Source of the DNA: an uncultured Poribacteria bacterium
GTDB lineage: Bacteria; Poribacteria; WGA-4E; WGA-3G
Direction of reading: 5' to 3'
NCBI GenBank assembly: GCA_951813565.1
Contig: OX638351.1
Coordinates: 1,568,001-1,632,000, forward strand
DNA: 64,000 bases
Shown here: positions 29,626 through 37,699 of the stretch, piece by piece
Numbering within the stretch: position 1 is the first letter of the stretch
Layout: every line of letters begins with the position of its first letter
The notes under the pieces: model-generated
What the model was told of the DNA's origin: nothing
What the model saw: only the letters and a program-made list of their open reading frames with translations
The model's database searches: none
Translations under genes and position numbers: made by a program

Positions 29626-30446
29626 TGAAAAATAAAAACAAACCAACAATCATGATTCTCGGCAGTGGACACTTAGCAAATCCCGGTGCGGACGCATACA
29701 ATTTCAGAATGGATGATGTCCTCGCACCAAAACGGCAAAGCGAAATTGAACAATTGGTGGCACTACTCAAACCGTTTCGTCCTACCAAAATAGCACTTGA
29801 GGCAGATGAAAGGTTTGATTCTGAGGTCAATGCAAACTATCAAGGCTATCTGGGAGACACTTACGAACTTGAACGGGGTGAAGGCGACCAGATCGGATTC
29901 CGGTTGGCAAAACAGATGGGACATCCGAAGATATACTGCGTTGATTATTTCCCCGAGAAAGACCCGTTTTTCCCGGAAGACTTTGACTCGAATTTGATGG
30001 ATATTGACAAGTTTGCAAAGGAACATAATCAAGAAGACCTCCTACCAAGTGTAGAGGATTTTTTTGCTGATTCTGACGTGGAATTCCGTGAAGAGGAAGA
30101 TGGCAGAGTCTGGATTGAACCCCTGAAATACAAATCACTCATTGATATGTACATACAAGGCAATGAACCTGAAGGAAGACGTGCTGAACATCAGCTATAC
30201 TTACAAATGGCACAAGTTGGATTGAAGGATCAGTACCCAGGAGCAAATTGGGTAGGGCATAGCTGGTATACTCGTAATCTCAAAATCTTTGTGAACCTGA
30301 CGCGCATCACCGAATCTGCCGATGATTGTATTTTGTTGATTATCGGCGGTGGGCATGTCTATCTGGTCCAGCATTTTCTTGAGGCATCGGGAAATTATAT
30401 TGTTGAAAACCCACTAAAATATCTGCAATCGGAGGATGTCAATTAA
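29625..30446 (+). CDS. DUF5694-like protein, copy 2
   Basis: LGSGHLANP, PTKIALE, WYTRNLK, GGGHV; TAATG coupling. Confidence 0.82.
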   Translation: MKNKNKPTIMILGSGHLANPGADAYNFRMDDVLAPKRQSEIEQLVALLKPFRPTKIALEADERFDSEVNANYQGYLGDTYELERGEGDQIGFRLAKQMGHPKIYCVDYFPEKDPFFPEDFDSNLMDIDKFAKEHNQEDLLPSVEDFFADSDVEFREEEDGRVWIEPLKYKSLIDMYIQGNEPEGRRAEHQLYLQMAQVGLKDQYPGANWVGHSWYTRNLKIFVNLTRITESADDCILLIIGGGHVYLVQHFLEASGNYIVENPLKYLQSEDVN

Positions 30447-31267
30447 TGAAACATAAAACTAAGCCAACAATCATGATTCTCGGCAGCGGACACTTAGCAA
30501 ATCCTGGCATGGACGCATACAATTTCAAAATGGACGATGTGCTTGCGCCAAAACGCCAGCGCGAAATAGAACAACTCGTGACACTACTCAAACCGTTTCG
30601 TCCTACCAAAATAGCCCTTGAGGCAGATGAAAGGTTTATGTCTGAAATTAATGCGAACTACCAAGGTTATCTGGAAGGCACATACAAACTCAAGCGTGGA
30701 GAAGGTGACCAGATTGGGTTTAGATTAGCTAAGCAGATGGGACATCAGAAGTTGTACGGTGTTGATTATTGGCCAAAGCATAACCCGTTTTTTCCAGAAG
30801 ATTTTGACTCGGATTTGACGGATGCTGACAAATTCGCAAAAGAACACAATCAAGAACACTTGTTGTCAAGCATTGAGGACTATTATCCTGATACCGACGT
30901 GGAATTCCATGAGGAGGATGATGGCAGAGTCTGGATTGTACCTACGAAATACGAATCACTCATAGACATGTACATACGTGGTAACGAACCTGAAGGCAGG
31001 CGCGCCGACCATCAGTTATACCTGCGGGGTGCACGGGTTGGTTTAGGCGATCAATACCCTGGAGCGAATTGGCTTGCGCATTTTTGGTATGCCCGTAATC
31101 TCAAAATTTTTGTCAATCTGACGCGCATCACCGAATCTGAAGATGATCGGATATTGTTAATTATCGGTGGCGGACATGTCTTTTTGGTACAGCAGTTTCT
31201 TGAAGATTCAGGGGACTACATCGTTGAAAGTCCACTAAAATACTTGAAATCAGAGGATGCTAATTGA
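30446..31267 (+). CDS. DUF5694-like protein, copy 3
   Basis: LGSGHLANP, PTKIALE, WYARNLK, GGGHV; TAATG coupling. Confidence 0.82.
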   Translation: MKHKTKPTIMILGSGHLANPGMDAYNFKMDDVLAPKRQREIEQLVTLLKPFRPTKIALEADERFMSEINANYQGYLEGTYKLKRGEGDQIGFRLAKQMGHQKLYGVDYWPKHNPFFPEDFDSDLTDADKFAKEHNQEHLLSSIEDYYPDTDVEFHEEDDGRVWIVPTKYESLIDMYIRGNEPEGRRADHQLYLRGARVGLGDQYPGANWLAHFWYARNLKIFVNLTRITESEDDRILLIIGGGHVFLVQQFLEDSGDYIVESPLKYLKSEDAN

Positions 31268-31375
31268 TGAAATAACTGAAATTCAAAATGGAAAATTTTA
31301 AATTCCCAAGTAATTTTGCTTTTTTTAAACCCCCTTCCAAAAAAGCACACTCTTTAGGTTAAATCTAATTGGGAA

Positions 31376-32596
31376 ATGTTTATGCGATACGATCTATCAA
31401 CGTACACGGATCTGACAGATGAGGAACTCATCCGGTTTGCACAAATCGGTGATGAGTCAGCATTGACAGAACTGATGCTGCGTTATAGTCCACGCATCTG
31501 GAAAGTGATTACCGCAAATTCGAGACAACGCCGCGATGCTGAAGAAATTCTCATGGACATCTGGCGATCTGTTTGGGAAAACATCAGCGGACTGCGAAAC
31601 GTTGAGAGTTTTGGTGGATGGCTACACCGCATTGCTTACAACGCCTGCAAGAGGTACTACGCTTCTCGTCACCATTCAAAGGATGAAATTCCGTGCAATG
31701 ATGCATACTTAACCGATCACATTGATCGGAACGCAGTTGCACGTTTCCGAGAAACAGAACTTCGTGAGGCAGTAGCTGAGGCAGTACATCAACTTCCAGA
31801 TAGAGTGCGCCGCGTCGCGGAGTTATACTATCTGGAATTGTGGAGTGTCAAAGAGATCCATGCAGAACTCGGATTAGCGATAGGAACAATCAAAACCAAA
31901 TTAAGACAGACACGTGAACTCCTGCGTAAGGAGTTCGGTGTCGAACCTGAAGGAGTTAGAACAATGTCATCTAAACGAAAAGAATCCAAACGCATCCGAA
32001 CCAAAACCAAAGTTATCGGTGTCGGTGGCGCGGGAGGTAATGCTGTCAAACGAATGGTCGGAGCAGGTTTGGCAGACATTGAATTTTACGTTGTGAATAC
32101 AGATCAACAAGCACTCGAAAAATGTGACAATGCAACGCCAGTACAGATCGGTGTTAACACCACGCAAGGGCTTGGTTGTGGAGCAAATCCAGAGATAGGC
32201 AAGAGAGCAGCTGAGGAAGACAGAGAAACGCTCCAGAACATTGTTGGGGACGCGGATATTGTCTTCATCACTGCTGGCATGGGTGGTGGAACAGGAACAG
32301 GTGCTGCACCCCTGATTGCATCTCTTGCACGGGAACAAGGTGCTTTAACTGTAGGTATTGTCACTTGTCCGTTTAATTTTGAGGGAGAACGGCGCGCCGA
32401 ACGCGCAGAAGAAGGACTGCAGGAACTTCGTGACAATGCTGATTCTGTTCTTGTACTGCCAAACCAACGACTTCTTGATACGGTGGAGCGGCCATTGAAA
32501 GTACCCGAGGCGTTTCGTCTCAGTGATGAAATGCTGCTCCACGGTGTTGCAAGTATTTCGGAATTTCATTCCAGCACCACACACAGAGACACTTAG
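31376..32596 (+). CDS. ECF sigma factor fused to an FtsZ N-terminal GTPase domain
   Basis: aa 1-190: sigma regions 2 and 4 (DAEEILMDIW, SVKEI...GTIKTKL); aa ~207-395: VIGVGGAGGNAV, NTD, GANPEIG, GMGGGTGTG, PFNFEG.RR; ends before the NxDFAD loop. Confidence 0.92.
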   Translation: MFMRYDLSTYTDLTDEELIRFAQIGDESALTELMLRYSPRIWKVITANSRQRRDAEEILMDIWRSVWENISGLRNVESFGGWLHRIAYNACKRYYASRHHSKDEIPCNDAYLTDHIDRNAVARFRETELREAVAEAVHQLPDRVRRVAELYYLELWSVKEIHAELGLAIGTIKTKLRQTRELLRKEFGVEPEGVRTMSSKRKESKRIRTKTKVIGVGGAGGNAVKRMVGAGLADIEFYVVNTDQQALEKCDNATPVQIGVNTTQGLGCGANPEIGKRAAEEDRETLQNIVGDADIVFITAGMGGGTGTGAAPLIASLAREQGALTVGIVTCPFNFEGERRAERAEEGLQELRDNADSVLVLPNQRLLDTVERPLKVPEAFRLSDEMLLHGVASISEFHSSTTHRDT

Positions 32597-32753
32597 TTTT
32601 ATATTCAGTGCAAGAAAATAAAAGAAGTACTGTCTCACTACCTCTTAAGAGTATACGTCTCTATAAGGTAGAGACAAACCCCAACACATCTATCGTCATG
32701 AGTTTGCACATATAGTTCGTGTTAGGGTTTAACCTTTCAGTAGAAACGTTCTA

Positions 32754-32786
32754 ATGAAGATTAAGAAACCACTTCTTAATCTTCAT
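32754..32786. other. perfect 14-bp stem-loop between sigma-FtsZ and the DUF5916-like gene
   Basis: ATGAAGATTAAGAA-ACCAC-TTCTTAATCTTCAT; no U-tract. Confidence 0.7.
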
Positions 32787-32837
32787 CGCATTACAGAGTT
32801 GGTATCTTGAAACCCTAAAAATGGAGAAACCTAATTG

Positions 32838-34847
32838 ATGAAATCACAGATAATTTATGGAATAATTTTACTCATTACACTATCGCTTATATCAATCACA
32901 AACTCACAAACTGTACAAGCGCAAGACACACAGACCGTTAAAAAAGAACTCACCGCAATCAAAACCGAACAACCACCAACTATTGATGGTATTCTTAATG
33001 ATGTCTGCTGGCAAGATGCACCGAAAGCTGCCGGTTTCACTGATGAACGCACCGAACAACCGGCAAAAAATCAATCTGCTGGTCGCCTTGTCTATACAGA
33101 CAAAGCCATCTACGTTGGACTTCACCTCTACGACGATATGCCCGACAAAATTGTAGCGCGCCAAACCAAAGATCAGACGCGATTCCAAGGTGAAGACTGG
33201 GTATCCTTTAGCCTTGACACATTTCACACGCACCAGTTTTCTGACAGAAGCTTCTTCCTCGTAAATCCACTCGGCACGAAATTCGCGCATCTTGCCACCG
33301 GGCGTGCTGAAAAAAGCGAATGGATCGGACTCTGGAAAACTGCAGCACAAATTGTGGATAACGGCTGGATTGTAGAGATGGAAATCCCATGGCAGATGTT
33401 GGATTACCCAGACACAACCAAACCTGTTCGGATGGGGATTAACATTGATCGCGGGCAGCAGCGAACCGGGGAAAAATCGTGGTGGTGTAATTTAGGCGTT
33501 AACGAATTTCGGGAAAACGATGGACACTGGGTTGATGTGCTTCCACCACGCCGAAAACGTGAACTAAAGTTGCTCCCGTATCTAATTGGCGGCATCAGCG
33601 AAACGGAAACTTCTGTAGGAGCGACCTCCGAGTCGCGATGGGAATATACTGCCCGTGCAGGCGGCGACATACGTTATGAGGTTACGCCACAAATACGACT
33701 CATCGGTGCTGCCAATCCAGATTTTGATAACATTGAACAGGCAGTAGAAGGCATTGATTTCTCTTACGGCGAACGCTACGTCCCTGACCGCCGCCCTTTC
33801 TTTTCCGAAGGAGGAAATGTCTATAGACTTGGAAATTCCTTTCATTCGCGGCGGATAGCAGATATGGATGGAGGGCTAAAACTCTTTGGAAAAGTAGCAA
33901 AAAATACTTCTGTAAGCACCTTAGGCACCTATCATCGAAACAATCAGAACTTTATTGTCCGTGTCTCACAGTCTCTAACGGCGACATCTAACATAAATGC
34001 AGCGTTCTTGTCCCACCATCACCGTGACACTGGATTGAACAATGTAGGTTATCTTTCCGGAGATGTACGCCACGGTAAATTTTCAGTAGGTTCTAATCTC
34101 GTGCAAACTTGGACAGGCGAATCGGACGGAAGGAATGGGTTTGTCAGTTTAGGCTACAACGGACCGATTTTCCAACCCTATCTGTCCGCATTTTTTGTGG
34201 ATCCGGATTTCGTCAATAGACTCGGTTACCGTCCATTCACCGGCTACCGCGGCATAGGTTTGGGTAGTTTCATTAAGAATGAATGGCGCGAAGGATTCTT
34301 CCGCAGAGCATCCGCTTCTGTCCAAAGCCAAATCTCTAACACTTATGAAGGCGAGGTTTTCCGGCGTGACCTGTCCATATCTTCACTTATCCTAACACAT
34401 AGCGACTATGCACTTGCCGCTGGCTGGAGGGGCGGGCAATTTGAAGAATTCAGCGATAGCGTTTTCAGTATTGGATTACGTGCGCGTGCTTCTGACAGGT
34501 TCAATAATGTTGGCATTACCTACAATTGGGGTGAACAAGCAGGTGAGACGATTCATCGTATTAGTGGAAATCTTAACTTGCGTGCTTATGGCTTCACTGC
34601 GGGGCTCTCCTCTCAAATCCAATGGCATTTTGAACGGCGCTACCTACAGATTCTTACCCTCACGTACGACTTCAGTCCCGCCTTAAGTCTCGGCAGTCGT
34701 TTAATATGGCAAGCAGAGCATGTTAATGTATATTTCGCATTGCGCCGTTCTGGCTATGCTGGCATGGACTTCTTTATCATCCTCGGCGACCCAAATGCTT
34801 TGGAATTCAAGCAACGTCTTGTAGCAAAAGTGATTCGGGCATTTTAA
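32838..34847 (+). CDS. DUF5916-like protein (CBM9-like domain plus probable outer-membrane beta-barrel), copy 1
   Basis: Signal peptide, PPTIDGILND..W, W.VEMEIPW, NPDFDNIE, RRPFFSEG, C-terminal Phe. Confidence 0.78.
   Translation: MKSQIIYGIILLITLSLISITNSQTVQAQDTQTVKKELTAIKTEQPPTIDGILNDVCWQDAPKAAGFTDERTEQPAKNQSAGRLVYTDKAIYVGLHLYDDMPDKIVARQTKDQTRFQGEDWVSFSLDTFHTHQFSDRSFFLVNPLGTKFAHLATGRAEKSEWIGLWKTAAQIVDNGWIVEMEIPWQMLDYPDTTKPVRMGINIDRGQQRTGEKSWWCNLGVNEFRENDGHWVDVLPPRRKRELKLLPYLIGGISETETSVGATSESRWEYTARAGGDIRYEVTPQIRLIGAANPDFDNIEQAVEGIDFSYGERYVPDRRPFFSEGGNVYRLGNSFHSRRIADMDGGLKLFGKVAKNTSVSTLGTYHRNNQNFIVRVSQSLTATSNINAAFLSHHHRDTGLNNVGYLSGDVRHGKFSVGSNLVQTWTGESDGRNGFVSLGYNGPIFQPYLSAFFVDPDFVNRLGYRPFTGYRGIGLGSFIKNEWREGFFRRASASVQSQISNTYEGEVFRRDLSISSLILTHSDYALAAGWRGGQFEEFSDSVFSIGLRARASDRFNNVGITYNWGEQAGETIHRISGNLNLRAYGFTAGLSSQIQWHFERRYLQILTLTYDFSPALSLGSRLIWQAEHVNVYFALRRSGYAGMDFFIILGDPNALEFKQRLVAKVIRAF
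33615..33638 (+). repeat. GTAG REP-like hairpin inside coding sequence
   Basis: GTAGGA-GCGAC-CTCCGA-GTCGC-GA, translated as VGATSESR. Confidence 0.6.
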
Positions 34848-35101
34848 ATCCTTAATATTCTATCGCACAATCTTACTGCGGGCGTTTGTAGAAACGTTCC
34901 TGATTTATAGAGGGCGCGGTCTTTCTCACTTACCGAGATTGATCGCGCCTATAATTTATTCAATTCTCTTGCAACAAACTTGTGAAACGCCCTATAAAAA
35001 TCCATATATTTTCATTTTTTTCTACCTTGATGCACGTTTTCTTGTTAAACTTTCGTCATTAAATAATAGAAGAGGAACCCAATCCAATAGGAGGAAGTTT
35101 C

Positions 35102-36811
35102 GTGGAAAGAGAAGATGATGTTCAACTAATTCGTAAAATCTTATCGGGCGACGACGCTGCGTTTGGCATCTTGGTCGAAAAGTATCAAAAAAGCATTCAT
35201 GACCTTGCATGGCGGAAGATTCACGATTTTCACTATGCGGAAGAGATTATGCAAGACACCTTCCTTAAGGCATACAGAAAACTTCCGACACTCAAGAATC
35301 ACAATCAATTTGCTGGGTGGATCCATGTCATCGCAAATCGACTTTGCATTGATTGGGTACGAAAGCAAAAGCCTGTGATGCAGTCCTTAGAAAACATACG
35401 TCAGGAAGAAATCGAGAAATCCTCTTATACACACCATATATCGGAACAACGGGGAACAGAGAGAGTTGAGTATTGCCATGAGCTTGTGCAAAAGCTTTTG
35501 GAAAAACTGCCAGAAAATGAACGCACGGTCGTAACGCTCTACTATCTTGACGAAATGTCAACGAAAGAGATCGGCGAATTCATGGGAGTGTCAGTGAATA
35601 CAATTACGAGCCGACTCCAACGCGCTCGAAAACGTCTACAAACAGATCAGGAACTCTTGGATCAAGAATTCTTTGGTCATTTACAATTACCCGAAAATCT
35701 GAAGGAGAATATCATGAGTCAATTAGAAGAAATTCGCCACAAGTTCAATTCATTCATGGAAAAAGTGAAATTTGACCCCGCATCAAGAGAGAATATACTT
35801 AAAGAAGCAGACAGCGAAATTGATGCTGCGCTCAAGGGTGAAATCACACCTGAGTTGGCGCATCTTGTTGTTGATGATATATACCCACACATGGGTAAGC
35901 ACGGAATAGAAAAACGTCTCTCTCTTCTACATAAGTTCTTGGATGACGCACCAGATAATAAAGAACGTTTTTGGGCACATCAAAAGTTAGCTTCAAGCCT
36001 TGCATTTCTTGGGAGACACCGAGAATCAGTAGAGGAACAATTGCAACTTTACCGATGGGCATGCAAAAACGACATCCCAGATAAGGATGTATTACATATT
36101 TTCTGTTCTAATCTTGAGAACCCAGCATCTTGGTCTGCAGAAGGTCGAATTTATGAATGGATTAAACTATATCATGAGGCATCGGAACGTCTAATAAAAC
36201 CTGATGTAAGTTATCTTGACCGCTGCGAATTTCTACAAATCGGTGCAGAAGTGCTTCGAGCAAACGGAAAATCGGATGAGGCATTAATTGAACTCGAAAA
36301 GTTGGAAAAAACGAATACTAAACAGGATTGGAGACACTATTTTCGATTTTGGTTAGTTGTGAAAACAAATCGTTTGTTACTGTGTAACAGACGGAATGAA
36401 TCGGAACGTTTTGATGAAATCATAACGGAACTCAAGAGCTATATGGAAGGTGAGTATAAGAAATATAATGCGGGGCAACCCGTAAATACTGGTGATCTCA
36501 TCTGGCTTTCTCACGACATCGGCTGTTGTCTGGTGTGGATAAATAAGTACAGTATAGCAAGAAGTTTTTTACAAGTCGCTTGTGATTTGGGAGGTGAGAA
36601 TCACTATGGACACTTCATGCTCGCTGTAAGTATCTGGGCATCAGATAAGGACCGTGAGAAAACTCTACATCATCTCAAGATTGCTGAGGAAGACTATGCT
36701 GTAGCTTCCTACAATTTTCGTGATAGTTACTACTCATCTTTCGTTAATACACCTGAATTTTCGGATGTAAAAGATGATCCAGAGTTTCTGAAAGTTCTGG
36801 GACAGAAGTAG
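35102..36811 (+). CDS. ECF sigma factor with a long helical/TPR-like C-terminal extension
   Basis: GDDAAFGILVEKYQ, AEEIMQDTFLKAY, STKEIGEFMGVSVNTITSRLQRAR; helical tail ending PEFSDVKDDPEF. Confidence 0.88.
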   Translation: MEREDDVQLIRKILSGDDAAFGILVEKYQKSIHDLAWRKIHDFHYAEEIMQDTFLKAYRKLPTLKNHNQFAGWIHVIANRLCIDWVRKQKPVMQSLENIRQEEIEKSSYTHHISEQRGTERVEYCHELVQKLLEKLPENERTVVTLYYLDEMSTKEIGEFMGVSVNTITSRLQRARKRLQTDQELLDQEFFGHLQLPENLKENIMSQLEEIRHKFNSFMEKVKFDPASRENILKEADSEIDAALKGEITPELAHLVVDDIYPHMGKHGIEKRLSLLHKFLDDAPDNKERFWAHQKLASSLAFLGRHRESVEEQLQLYRWACKNDIPDKDVLHIFCSNLENPASWSAEGRIYEWIKLYHEASERLIKPDVSYLDRCEFLQIGAEVLRANGKSDEALIELEKLEKTNTKQDWRHYFRFWLVVKTNRLLLCNRRNESERFDEIITELKSYMEGEYKKYNAGQPVNTGDLIWLSHDIGCCLVWINKYSIARSFLQVACDLGGENHYGHFMLAVSIWASDKDREKTLHHLKIAEEDYAVASYNFRDSYYSSFVNTPEFSDVKDDPEFLKVLGQK

Positions 36812-36825
36812 GACAACGATAATTT

Positions 36826-37152
36826 ATGAAACTTCGTGATGTTATCGCCGCTGGTGTAAAGCCTCTTGTCCAAAATAGACTCCGTGCCGGATTGTCCATC
36901 CTCGGCATCTTCATCGGGATTGCAGGTGTGCTGTGCATGATCGCCATCGGTAAGGGTCCGGTATCATTGGCGAACGCCCTTACGGATGCGCGTTGTGGGC
37001 GTAATGAAGCCCAAAGGTCGTAGTCTCACTTGGATCTATTGCTTGGATGATGCCATCTGTCTCCCATTGACAACCTATCAACAACGGCTTGAAGGTATAA
37101 ATCACGTTGAACACTTGATTGTCTTTTTTCAAGAGGGGACCAATTTCAACAA
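36826..37152 (+). pseudogene. MacB-type ABC permease remnant (deleted and frameshifted)
   Basis: NRLRAGLSILGIFIGIAGVLCMIAIGKG, then RVVGVMKPKG...LPLTT in another frame. Confidence 0.75.
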
Positions 37153-37155
37153 TAG

Positions 37156-37671
37156 AAAATTGCCTCAGTCTTTCAGGACTTTTCACACTTTTTCTTGACC
37201 GCGGGGGAAAACATCGGTATCGGGAATGTGGAGCAGGTCAACAATGAACCTGCTGTGATTCAGGCGGCAGAGCAAGGTCAAGCAGATACCATCATTTCAC
37301 AACTGTCTGACGAATACCAGACTTTACTCGGACGGCATTTTGATGGCGGCACCGATTTATCGGGTGGAGAGTGGCAGAAAATCGCTGTCTCGCGTGCCTT
37401 TATGAGAGACGCAGAAATATTAATCCTTGATGAACCGACAGCCGCACTTGATGCAGAATCCGAATATACGCTCTTTCAACGTTTCAACATGCTTACGCGA
37501 GGCGTGACAACGTTGTTAATCTCCCATCGGTTCTCAACAGTCCGCATGGCAGATAGGATTCTCGTCATTGATGAAGGGAAAATTCTTGAGGAAGGCACCC
37601 ATGAACAACTGATGAACAAAGGCGGTAGGTACGCAACACTCTACCGAATGCAGTCAGAAAAATATAAGTAA
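37156..37671 (+). pseudogene. C-terminal fragment of an ABC exporter ATPase
   Basis: KIASVFQDF, LSGGEWQKIA, ILDEPTAALD, SHR; no Walker A or TM part; in-frame TAG at 37153. Confidence 0.8.
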
Positions 37672-37699
37672 AATATCTAAAGACGGAGGATGCTAATTG

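Noticed and set aside
31964..32596. The cell's true ftsZ
   Set aside because: No T7 loop, C-terminal domain or C-terminal peptide, no dcw neighbours, and fused to a sigma factor
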